A DNA stretch of 32,000 nt, from the NCBI RefSeq assembly GCF_000011805.1, contig NC_006840.2; one strand, written 5' to 3'. Shown piece after piece: positions 10,204 through 19,208 of the stretch. The position numbers were made by a program, and so were the translations under genes. This DNA comes from Aliivibrio fischeri ES114. GTDB taxonomy: Bacteria > Pseudomonadota > Gammaproteobacteria > Enterobacterales > Vibrionaceae. Below the pieces are notes generated by a model. That model made no database searches, was not told where the DNA came from, and worked only from the letters and a program-made list of their open reading frames with translations. Position 1 is the first letter of the stretch, and every line of letters begins with the position of its first letter.

Positions 10204-10585
10204 AATGTTCTCTTTTATAATGGAATATTATTCTTCTTATACAGCGTAAATTTATACGCTTTGAATGTCGTTACTGCAATGTCGTACATTTTTATGTGAT
10301 TTGCGTAACATTTTAACTCTTTGAAATGTTTGGAAACACTTTAAATTAGTAACATTATCATACTCTGTTTTTGTTTTTACTTGTAGGTTTAAGTTCTTTT
10401 TTGTTTTGGTTTATTGGTTTTTTATTTTAATTTTGTGTTGATATTTAGATTTTAGATGTAATTTTGGTTATTTATCGATATTTAACATTTGTTGTGCGTG
10501 CAACTATTGATTTTTACTAGGAAATCATTTTTTTGAATGATTTGACATGCTATGATCTTTAGTTGGTTTGGTTAGGTATTGAGTT

Positions 10586-11080
10586 ATGAAACAGTGGTAT
10601 TTACTTTATTGCAAACGCGGTGAGCAAGAGAGAGCAAAACTACATTTAGAAAATCAAATGGTAGAGTGCTTTTATCCTGAGATCGTTGTAGAGAAAATTG
10701 TTCGAGGAAAAAGAAAACAAGTAAAAGAACCACTATTTCCATGCTATATGTTTATCTATTTTGATTTTGAGGTAGGTCCATCGTTTACTTCTATTCGCTC
10801 TACTCGTGGAGTTAGTGATTTTATTCGATTTGGTGCTCAGCCAAAGGTTCTGCAAGGTGACTTGATTTACTCATTAAAAGCGCTCGATGAAAATAATAAT
10901 AAAGAGAAATTAGAGTGTTTACCTGAAGCTGGACAAAAAGTAGCGATAAAAGAAGGACCGTATAGCGGTATTGAAGCGATTTATAAAGAAGCTGATGGTG
11001 AAAAACGTTCCATCCTCTTAATAACGTTAATTAATAAAAAAGTAGAAATTAAAATACCTAACTCAGATATCGAATATTGA
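10586..11080 (+). CDS. rfaH: Transcription antitermination factor RfaH (NusG paralogue)
   Basis: 164 aa; N-terminal WYLLYCKRGEQERAKLHLENQ...CYPE/EPLFPCYMFIYFD and GVSDFIRFG match RfaH. Confidence 0.93.
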   Translation: MKQWYLLYCKRGEQERAKLHLENQMVECFYPEIVVEKIVRGKRKQVKEPLFPCYMFIYFDFEVGPSFTSIRSTRGVSDFIRFGAQPKVLQGDLIYSLKALDENNNKEKLECLPEAGQKVAIKEGPYSGIEAIYKEADGEKRSILLITLINKKVEIKIPNSDIEY

Positions 11081-11084
11081 TGCA

Positions 11085-11113
11085 TAAAAAAAGCGCCTAT
11101 AAGGCGCTTTTTT
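11085..11113. terminator. Bidirectional terminator between rfaH and asnB
   Basis: AAAAAAGCGCC TATAA GGCGCTTTTTT between convergent genes. Confidence 0.88.
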
Positions 11114-11138
11114 ATTACATTAAAATGGTGCTAGTGCA

Positions 11139-12806
11139 TTAATCGTATGCTTCGTTATGAACGGCTTGAACAGCACGACCTGACGGATCTACGCAGTTCT
11201 GGAAAGATTCATCCCATTCAATTGCTTTAGCTGATGAGCAAGCAACTGACGGACCACCAGGAACACATTTCGCTGCATCTTCTAGCGGGAATAACTCTTC
11301 AAAGATTTCTCGATAAACATACGCTTCTTTTGTTGTTGGCGTGTTATACGGGAAGCGGAATTTTGCTGATTCCATTTGTTGGTCTGTTACTTTTGCCTCT
11401 GCGGTTTCTCGTAATGTGTCGATCCAGCTATATCCAACACCATCAGAGAATTGTTCTTTCTGTCTCCATGCGATAGCTTCAGGTAAATAATGTTCAAAAC
11501 ATTCACGTAAGATGTGTTTTTCCATCTTTCCATTACCACACATCTTATCTTGTGGGTTTAAACGCATAGCCACATCAATAAATTCTTTATCTAAGAATGG
11601 AACACGACCTTCAACCCCCCAAGCTGCAAGTGATTTATTCGCACGAGCACAATCAAACATGTTTAAAGCAAGTAGTTTACGAACGGTCTCTTCATGGAAC
11701 TCTTTTTTGTTTGGTGCTTTATGGAAGTAGAGGTAGCCACCAAAGATTTCATCTGCACCTTCACCAGAAAGTACCATCTTGATGCCCATCGCTTTGATTT
11801 TACGACCCATTAAGAACATTGGTGTTGATGCTCGAATAGTGGTTACATCATAGGTTTCAATATGATAAATAACATCACGAATCGCATCCAAACCTTCTTG
11901 AATGGTGTAAGTCATTTCATGGTGAACCGTACCCAGTTTATCTGCAACTTCACGAGCGGCTTTTAGATCTGGTGCGCCTTCTAAGCCAACAGCAAAAGAG
12001 TGCAGTTGAGGCCACCATGCTTCCGACTTTTCATCGTCTTCAATACGCATCGCTGCGAAACGTTTAGCTACGGCAGACGTAATAGATGAATCTAATCCAC
12101 CAGAAAGAAGTACACCATAAGGAACATCTGTCATTAATTGGCGTTTTACAGCATCTTCAAGTGCTTGGGTTAAGTCTTCTTTACTTGTTGGGTTATCTTT
12201 AACTGCATCATAATCCATCCAATCACGTAAATAATAACGTGTTGGTTCTGTATCTTTTGATGAGTAGAAGTGGCCAGGAGGAAACTCACTGATTGATTTA
12301 CATACAGGAACTAATGCTTTCATTTCTGAAGCAACATAATAGTTACCATGTTCATCATAACCGTGATACATAGGGATAATACCAATATGGTCACGACCAA
12401 TTAAATATTCATCTTTTTCTTCATCGTAAAGAATGAAGGCAAAAATACCATTTAAATCTTCGAGTAGATCAGCTCCTTTTTCACGATATAACGCTAAAAT
12501 AACTTCACAATCTGAATCAGTTTGGAATGTGTAATTATCTGCGTATTTTTCGCGAAGCTCTTTGTGGTTATAAATTTCACCATTAACAGCAAGAATGTGC
12601 TTTTTATCTTCGCTATAAAGAGGTTGTGCGCCACTGTTTAAACCAACGATAGCTAAACGTTCATGCGCTAAAATTGCTTTGTCAGATGAATAGATACCTG
12701 ACCAGTCTGGACCTCGATGGCGTAACTTTTTAGACATTTCTAAAGCGGTAGTTCTTAGTGGAGTTGGATCGCTTTTAATATCTAGAATTCCGAAAATTGA
12801 GCACAT
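11139..12806 (-). CDS. asnB: Asparagine synthase B (glutamine-hydrolysing)
   Basis: 555 aa; N-terminal Cys nucleophile MCSIFGIL, RHRGPDWSG, and synthetase PP-loop VLLSGGLDSS. Confidence 0.97.
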   Translation of the reverse strand: MCSIFGILDIKSDPTPLRTTALEMSKKLRHRGPDWSGIYSSDKAILAHERLAIVGLNSGAQPLYSEDKKHILAVNGEIYNHKELREKYADNYTFQTDSDCEVILALYREKGADLLEDLNGIFAFILYDEEKDEYLIGRDHIGIIPMYHGYDEHGNYYVASEMKALVPVCKSISEFPPGHFYSSKDTEPTRYYLRDWMDYDAVKDNPTSKEDLTQALEDAVKRQLMTDVPYGVLLSGGLDSSITSAVAKRFAAMRIEDDEKSEAWWPQLHSFAVGLEGAPDLKAAREVADKLGTVHHEMTYTIQEGLDAIRDVIYHIETYDVTTIRASTPMFLMGRKIKAMGIKMVLSGEGADEIFGGYLYFHKAPNKKEFHEETVRKLLALNMFDCARANKSLAAWGVEGRVPFLDKEFIDVAMRLNPQDKMCGNGKMEKHILRECFEHYLPEAIAWRQKEQFSDGVGYSWIDTLRETAEAKVTDQQMESAKFRFPYNTPTTKEAYVYREIFEELFPLEDAAKCVPGGPSVACSSAKAIEWDESFQNCVDPSGRAVQAVHNEAYD

Positions 12807-13025
12807 AAATAAGTTCCTTCTACTCTTCTTAATTTTTGTCTTAAATTATTGTCCTGAATACAATTTGCCATTACCGCTAAAAAAATCAACCCGGAAATAC
12901 AAATAAATTCACAAATACGACCTATGATTAGATATTTTTTAACAAAATGAAGGTTTACTTATTGAATCGTTACTTAGTGCTGCTTTTTTGAACTGAAAGT
13001 TATAATTACTGAAGATAAAAGAGAT

Positions 13026-13064
13026 AAAAAAAAGAGAGCACAACAAATGATGCTGTGCTCTCTT
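13026..13064 (-). terminator. Terminator for the Kef-type antiporter gene
   Basis: AAGAGAGCACA (13032-13042) / TGTGCTCTCTT (13054-13064), preceded on + by AAAAAA (U-tract when read on -). Confidence 0.8.
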
Positions 13065-13095
13065 CATTATTTGAATGAAATAAATTAACGATAAA

Positions 13096-14700
13096 TTAAT
13101 GCGTTATGTAATCTTTATGATGATTAAATTGTGGATCTAACTGTTCACTTACATGGCGGGCAAAACCACTGCCTGCTTCGTGATAAATATTAAATGCAGC
13201 ATCAACACCTTGTTCAATTAATCCATCAATTTGGTCATTGTATGCTGCGATTGCAGCGGTTTGTCCTTGATAGTTTCTAGTTTGTAGTTGCTCAAGTGCA
13301 AATTGATTACCTTGGTGATTTGGCATTGCTAATAAAACTAACTTTACATGCGAAGTTGAAAGTATTCGTTCCCAAAAATCAGGGTCGGTTGCATCACCAG
13401 AAATCACATTTCTTCCTAGTTCTTGGTGCTGTTTTGCTGATTCTTCACGCAATTCTATACCTAAAATAATGTCACCATATTTTTCTTTTAGTTCATCATA
13501 GGCGCCACTACCAATGCGACCCATACCTAAAATTAGAATTTGAGCGCGTCCGGGATTAATTAACTTATCCATCGGATTTAATCGTTCAGCAGTATGTTCT
13601 TTTAGCCAATGACGAGAACGTTGGTAAATGGTATGTCCAAAATTATTTAATGGTGCAGAGATAATGAACGAGATGGAGACGGCAATAGCAATGGCAACCA
13701 AGGTATCTGCTGGTAACCATCCCATTTTAAAGGCAAGACCGCCAACAATAAGCCCAAATTCGCTGTAATTAAATAGGGTTAGAGAGGCAAGTAATGAGGT
13801 TCGCACTCGGAACTTGAATTTATTAATAATAATGAAGTATAAGAAGCCTTTAACTGGTAACAGTAAAATAAGGATCAGAGCGAGTCCAAGACCTGAAATC
13901 GTTGGTGCGGCAGACAAGCCTATATTTAAAAAGAAGCAAATGAGTAGAACTTCTTTTAAATTAAAAAGTGATTTAGATAATTCTGAGGCTTTTGCATGTC
14001 CAGCTAATAGCATTCCTAAGATAAGTGCACCTAGATCCGGTTTCATACCTACTAATTCAAAAGTACCAGCCCCAGCAACTAATGCTAAGAAAATACCGTA
14101 AAGGACCAGCATTTCACCGTGCCCAGCCCAATCGAGTAGTTTAAAAAACAATGGTCTAAACAAAGGTAATGCAAAAAGAGCGAGCGCGGTAATTTCTGGA
14201 ATTTTCCCCGTTGATGCAGTTAAAAATACAACCGCAAAGATATCTTGCATAACAAGAATACCAATGGCTAAGGTACCGTAGGTTGCATTCATTTCACCTT
14301 TTTCTTGTAATGCTTTTACTGCGAATACTGTACTTGAGAAAGAGAGTGCAAAACCAAAGAGTACCAGTTGAGCTGTCTCTATGTTGGCAAGCATATTGAT
14401 GCCAAGAAGTTTAAGCCCTAATAATGCAAAGGTAAAAAACAGAGTTGAAAAGACATTATGAAGTGTAGCGCCTAACCAAATTTCTTTAGCAAGTAATGTT
14501 TTAATATCTAATTTTAAGCCAATGGAGAAAAGTAATAGGGTGACACCGAGATCGGCAAATGTCTCAAGAGCGTCATTAGATTGAAAACCAAGGGCGTGTA
14601 AACCAAATCCAGCTAATAAAAAACCGACAAGAGGCGGTAGGTTAATTTTTAAAGCAATAAATCCCATTACAAACGCTGCAATGATAAAAAGTAACTCCAT
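13096..14700 (-). CDS. Kef/CPA2-type monovalent cation:proton antiporter with C-terminal RCK_N (NAD-binding) domain
   Basis: Multi-TM N-terminus (INLPPLVGFLLAGFGLHALG, LLLFSIGLKLD) plus a Rossmann-like ILILGMGRIGSGAYDEL domain. The ORF opens at 14748, but the internal ATG at 14700 has an AGGA ribosome-binding site and starts the conserved region. Confidence 0.88.
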   Translation of the reverse strand: MELLFIIAAFVMGFIALKINLPPLVGFLLAGFGLHALGFQSNDALETFADLGVTLLLFSIGLKLDIKTLLAKEIWLGATLHNVFSTLFFTFALLGLKLLGINMLANIETAQLVLFGFALSFSSTVFAVKALQEKGEMNATYGTLAIGILVMQDIFAVVFLTASTGKIPEITALALFALPLFRPLFFKLLDWAGHGEMLVLYGIFLALVAGAGTFELVGMKPDLGALILGMLLAGHAKASELSKSLFNLKEVLLICFFLNIGLSAAPTISGLGLALILILLLPVKGFLYFIIINKFKFRVRTSLLASLTLFNYSEFGLIVGGLAFKMGWLPADTLVAIAIAVSISFIISAPLNNFGHTIYQRSRHWLKEHTAERLNPMDKLINPGRAQILILGMGRIGSGAYDELKEKYGDIILGIELREESAKQHQELGRNVISGDATDPDFWERILSTSHVKLVLLAMPNHQGNQFALEQLQTRNYQGQTAAIAAYNDQIDGLIEQGVDAAFNIYHEAGSGFARHVSEQLDPQFNHHKDYITH

Positions 14701-14725
14701 ATACTCATGTTCCTGATGGTAATCG

Positions 14726-14753
14726 AAAAAAAGGGCTGCTAATAGCAACCCTT
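14726..14753 (-). terminator. Terminator after nagC
   Basis: On the minus strand: AAGGG-T-TGCT ATT AGCA-G-CCCTT followed by TTTTTTT. Confidence 0.75.
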
Positions 14754-14784
14754 AGAATAATAACACGTGAATAGAGACTCGTGA

Positions 14785-15999
14785 TTATTCATCGAGTAAT
14801 TTTTGTAACAAGACCCCATTAAGCATCGCACGTTTTACCATAGAGAATGCCCCGATCGTTGGTTGGTCGTATAACTCAGAAGCAACAATTGGTAGATCTT
14901 TATGGAAAGTAGTTAATGATTGATTCTTAATACAGTTACGAATTGCAGCAAATAAGATCTTATCTGCATGGGTAATTGCACCTGCGATAACGATCTTTTG
15001 AGGATTAAATAAGTTTATTGTCATCGCAATAGCCTTACCTAATTGATTACCTACACGCAATATTGTTTGAGTCGCTAGCTCATCGCCATGATTTGCAGCA
15101 TGACAAATATCTGTCATGGTGATTTTTGGTAGTTGAGAAAGACTTGATGGATAGCCTTGTTTTAATAAGGACTCAACACGTGCAATGATTGCTGGGTCAG
15201 CAGCAACGGTTTCTAGGCAACCAAAATTACCGCATTGGCATTTATCACCAATAGGGTCAATTTGGATATGACCAATTTCACCTACATTGCGGTTATGACC
15301 TAAAAATACTTTGCCATTAACAATAATACCTGCACCAGTACCACGGTGAACACTGACTAAGATCGAATCATAACAATCTTGTGAAGCACCAAAGTAATGT
15401 TCAGCAAGTGCAAGGCCACGAACATCGTTACCTACAAAACATTCAGTATTAAAATTATCTTTGATGAAATCCGCTAGAAGTAGCTTGTTTACATCGGTAT
15501 TTGGCATGTATTCAACCACACCCGTTTCAGGGTTAACTAAACCAGGAAGAGTAATGCCGATAGCAATTAATTGCTTAATTGTATCTTGGTTTTTTGAAAT
15601 AAAGCCTTCCAATAGTAATTTCAGCCCATCTAGTAGATGTTCTTGATTGCTATAATGGAATTCTTGGTATTCGCTAGCCAGCTCTTTAGTCGAAAGATCA
15701 AACAAACTCAGTTGAATGTAATCTCGTCCTAGACGTACTGCTATAGAGTGGAAAGGGGAGGTTTCAGTGGTCAAGGAGATAGCTCTTCGACCACCAGTAG
15801 ATGCTTGTTGCGCGACTTCTTTTATTAAGCCGCGCTCTAATAGTTGACGGGTGATTTTGGTAACACTTGCAGGAGCCAGCTGGCTTACATCTGCAATTTG
15901 AATTCGAGAAATCGGACCTTTTTGGTCGATTAAACGATAAACAGCCGCACTGTTTAATTGTTTTACTAGATCTACATTACCAATTTGTCCGCCAGTCAT
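14785..15999 (-). CDS. nagC: ROK-family transcriptional repressor NagC
   Basis: 404 aa; N-terminal winged HTH plus ROK domain (CQCGNFGCLETVA zinc motif), immediately downstream of nagA. Confidence 0.93.
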   Translation of the reverse strand: MTGGQIGNVDLVKQLNSAAVYRLIDQKGPISRIQIADVSQLAPASVTKITRQLLERGLIKEVAQQASTGGRRAISLTTETSPFHSIAVRLGRDYIQLSLFDLSTKELASEYQEFHYSNQEHLLDGLKLLLEGFISKNQDTIKQLIAIGITLPGLVNPETGVVEYMPNTDVNKLLLADFIKDNFNTECFVGNDVRGLALAEHYFGASQDCYDSILVSVHRGTGAGIIVNGKVFLGHNRNVGEIGHIQIDPIGDKCQCGNFGCLETVAADPAIIARVESLLKQGYPSSLSQLPKITMTDICHAANHGDELATQTILRVGNQLGKAIAMTINLFNPQKIVIAGAITHADKILFAAIRNCIKNQSLTTFHKDLPIVASELYDQPTIGAFSMVKRAMLNGVLLQKLLDE

Positions 16000-16000
16000 A

Positions 16001-17137
16001 TTAACTTTGCTCGTATTGTCCGTTCACAACAGTCGCTTTTACATTGAAGTCACGATCAAAAATAGCAAGGTTAGCAACCATGTTCTTTTTAATGCGGCCA
16101 AGTTTATTATCTAAGCCCATAGCTTGAGCTGGATATAAAGTCGCCATGCGTAGTGCTTCGTCTAAAGCGATTCCAACGTGCTCAACTGTATTCTGAACTG
16201 CTTCAATCATAGTCAGAGCTGAGCCACCTAATGTGCCATTTTCATCAACACATTTGCCATCCTTGTAATATACTTTCTTACCCACAAAAATAAAGTATTC
16301 CATGTCAGCACCTGCAGGAGCTGTGGCATCGGTCACTAATACTAGTTTTTCTTTCTTTATTTTGTGTGCAATACGGATGTTTGCATAGTCAACATGGAAA
16401 CCATCAGCAATGATGCCAGCATAAACGTCTGGAGTATCATAAATTGCACCCACAACACCAGGTTCACGACCAACCATAGGCGTCATTGCATTAAACAAGT
16501 GAGTTGCGAAAGTGATACCTGACTCAAATCCTTGACGAGCTTCAGCATAAGTTGCGTTTGTGTGGCCAATAGATACCACGATACCTGCTTTATGAAGGCG
16601 CTCGATATGCTCAGGATCATTTTGCTCTGGCGCTAGCGTTACTTTTGCGATTAGGTCTGCGTTATCGCACATAAGTTGGATCATGTCTGAATCTGACGTA
16701 CGGATATGATCAACGCTGTGAATGCCTTTTTTCATTACGTTTAGGTATGGACCTTCTAGGTGCAAACCTAAAGATTGGTTTTGATATTTGCTGTGGTATT
16801 CACGAGCTGCTTCGATTGCCGCACGCATATCTTCATCAGAAGAAGTAATCAATGTTGGTAAGAAGCTAGTACAGCCAGATTTTAGGTTTGCTTCATGCAT
16901 AATTTGCATGGTTTCTGCTGTAATTTCATCATTAAGCATTACGCCGCCACAACCATTAAGCTGAAGATCGATAAAGCCTGGGCTTAGAATCGCTCCATCT
17001 AAGTCTTTTAGCTCAATACCAGCTGGTAGTTCTGATGTTGGGCAAACAGCTTCAATCTCTGTTCCATTAATGATTACTGAATGATCAGTAAGAACATCGT
17101 TACCTGTATAAACTTTACAGTTAGTTAGCGCATACAT
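16001..17137 (-). CDS. nagA: N-acetylglucosamine-6-phosphate deacetylase
   Basis: 378 aa; [37 protein letters not shown] motifs. Confidence 0.96.
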   Translation of the reverse strand: MYALTNCKVYTGNDVLTDHSVIINGTEIEAVCPTSELPAGIELKDLDGAILSPGFIDLQLNGCGGVMLNDEITAETMQIMHEANLKSGCTSFLPTLITSSDEDMRAAIEAAREYHSKYQNQSLGLHLEGPYLNVMKKGIHSVDHIRTSDSDMIQLMCDNADLIAKVTLAPEQNDPEHIERLHKAGIVVSIGHTNATYAEARQGFESGITFATHLFNAMTPMVGREPGVVGAIYDTPDVYAGIIADGFHVDYANIRIAHKIKKEKLVLVTDATAPAGADMEYFIFVGKKVYYKDGKCVDENGTLGGSALTMIEAVQNTVEHVGIALDEALRMATLYPAQAMGLDNKLGRIKKNMVANLAIFDRDFNVKATVVNGQYEQS

Positions 17138-17384
17138 AGCTTGAATCCTTTGGTTATAATTTAGAGTACGAAAAAAAATAAACTTTTTTCGTTGAAATTT
17201 TTAAGCAGGTGAAAATAGAACTGCTTACTGAGCGGTACACTCAGAATACCTAAATGTTACGTTCAGTAATGACAAAATTTGGTCATAATATGCACCAAAT
17301 TTTATTCCTGATGTTTTATTCTTTCGAATGATAAAATAAGTTTTATGATCTCGCTAGCAAAATACCCTAAATATTCCTTCCGCA

Positions 17385-17400
17385 GGTGATAATGATCACA
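17385..17400. promoter_or_regulatory. Candidate CRP-cAMP site in the nagA/nagE divergent region
   Basis: GGTGA-TAATGA-TCACA matches the TGTGA-N6-TCACA consensus at 9 of 10 conserved positions. Confidence 0.65.
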
Positions 17401-17539
17401 ATACGTTAGCTTTTAATTTGCGGGGCGAAATTAATCCCTTACACTGACCCTGTTTATAACGAGTAACGAAATAAGTTTTGTGAAGAACAGGTTAAGTTAT
17501 TCAAAAAAAATCTAAAATCCTTATAGGGGGAATCTAAAG

Positions 17540-19033
17540 GTGAATATTTTAGGATATTTTCAAAAAGTAGGTAAGGCACTGATGGTACCAGTTGCTACAT
17601 TACCTGCAGCAGCAATTTTAATGGGTATTGGTTACTGGATTGACCCGGTAGCTTGGGGTGGCAACAGTGCACTTGCAGCGTTTTTAATCAAAGCTGGTGC
17701 GGCTATCATCGACAACATGTCAGTACTGTTCGCAGTAGGTGTTGCTTATGGTATGTCTAAAGATAAAGATGGTGCAGCTGCACTTTCTGGTTTTGTTGGT
17801 TTCCTAGTTGTTACTACTCTTCTTTCACCAGGAGCAGTTGCTCAAATTCAGGGTATTGATCCTGCTGCAGTTCCAGCTGCATTTGGTAAAATCAATAACC
17901 AATTTGTTGGTATCCTAGTTGGTATCGTATCTGCTGAAATCTACAACCGTTTCTCTTCTGTAGAACTGCATAAAGCACTTGCATTCTTCTCAGGTAAGCG
18001 TCTTGTACCTATCCTAACTTCTTTCGCAGGTATCTTAATTGCGTTTGTACTTATGTACATCTGGCCTGCAATTTACGGTGGCCTAGTACACTTTGGTGAA
18101 TCAATCCAAGGTATGGGTTCTGTTGGTGCTGGTATCTACGCATTCTTCAACCGTCTACTTATCCCTGTTGGTCTTCACCACGCACTTAACTCTGTGTTCT
18201 GGTTTGACGTAGCGGGTATTAACGATATTCCTAACTTCCTAGGTGGCGCTAAGTCTATCGCTGAAGGTACTGCAACTGTAGGTGTTACAGGTATGTACCA
18301 AGCTGGTTTCTTCCCAATCATGATGTTTGGTCTACCAGGTGCAGCACTAGCTATCTACCACACTGCTAAAGTTGAGAACAAAGAAAAAGTTGCATCTATC
18401 ATGATTGCTGCTGGTTTCGCATCATTCTTCACTGGTGTAACAGAACCTCTAGAATTCTCATTCATGTTCCTTGCTCCTGCACTATACGTAGTTCACGCAG
18501 CATTAACAGGTATCTCTGTATTCATCGCAGCATCTATGCAATGGATTGCAGGTTTCGGTTTCTCAGCTGGTCTTGTAGATATGGTACTTTCTACTCGTAA
18601 CCCTCTAGCTGTTAACTGGTACATGCTAATTATCCAAGGTATCGTATTCTTCGCAATCTACTACTTCGTATTCCGCGCTGTAATCGTTAAGTTCAACCTT
18701 AAGACTCCAGGCCGTGAAGACGACGAAGACGAAGAAGGTTCAACAGTTGGTGGTTCTAAAGAAACTGGTGAGCTAGCTAAACAATACCTTAAAGCTCTAG
18801 GTGGTCACGAAAACCTAGAAAACATCGATGCTTGTATCACTCGTCTACGTCTAACTCTTAAAGACACTAGCGTAATCAGCGAGAAGCAACTTAAAGCTCT
18901 AGGTGCAATGGGTGTGGTTAAACTTGGTTCAAACAACGTTCAAGTTATCCTTGGTCCTCTTGCTGAAATCGTAGCTGGCGAAATGAAAAAAATCCCAGCT
19001 TCTGAAGACCTAACAGCAGTTGCACTACCATAA
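17540..19033 (+). CDS. nagE: PTS N-acetylglucosamine-specific EIICB component (no EIIA domain)
   Basis: 497 aa; GlcNAc/glucose EIIC (NILGYFQKVGKALMVPVATLPAAAILMGIGYWIDP) and EIIB with phosphorylatable Cys (IDACITRLRL). The protein ends shortly after EIIB. Confidence 0.94.
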   Translation: MNILGYFQKVGKALMVPVATLPAAAILMGIGYWIDPVAWGGNSALAAFLIKAGAAIIDNMSVLFAVGVAYGMSKDKDGAAALSGFVGFLVVTTLLSPGAVAQIQGIDPAAVPAAFGKINNQFVGILVGIVSAEIYNRFSSVELHKALAFFSGKRLVPILTSFAGILIAFVLMYIWPAIYGGLVHFGESIQGMGSVGAGIYAFFNRLLIPVGLHHALNSVFWFDVAGINDIPNFLGGAKSIAEGTATVGVTGMYQAGFFPIMMFGLPGAALAIYHTAKVENKEKVASIMIAAGFASFFTGVTEPLEFSFMFLAPALYVVHAALTGISVFIAASMQWIAGFGFSAGLVDMVLSTRNPLAVNWYMLIIQGIVFFAIYYFVFRAVIVKFNLKTPGREDDEDEEGSTVGGSKETGELAKQYLKALGGHENLENIDACITRLRLTLKDTSVISEKQLKALGAMGVVKLGSNNVQVILGPLAEIVAGEMKKIPASEDLTAVALP

Positions 19034-19061
19034 TTATTGAGTAATTAACTCAAAATCAACA

Positions 19062-19089
19062 AGCCGCTCTCTTTAGAGCGGCTTTTTTT
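19062..19089 (+). terminator. Rho-independent terminator after nagE
   Basis: AGCCGCTCT (19062-19070) / AGAGCGGCT (19075-19083), loop CTTT, followed by a T-run. Confidence 0.9.
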
Positions 19090-19208
19090 ATATAAATAAC
19101 CAAACTATTTGATTCTATATATTGAGTATCTGCCCATAATTGTGGATCATAGGGAGATATGAACAATCTGTTCTTTCTGACAATACTAATACCAATGAGG
19201 TGCTTTAG

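Noticed and set aside
10204-10585. AT-rich long spacer considered as a hidden small gene or horizontally acquired scar
   Set aside because: No ORF in the supplied track, no long direct or inverted repeats and no integrase fragments. Only short palindromes remain, which are reported separately.
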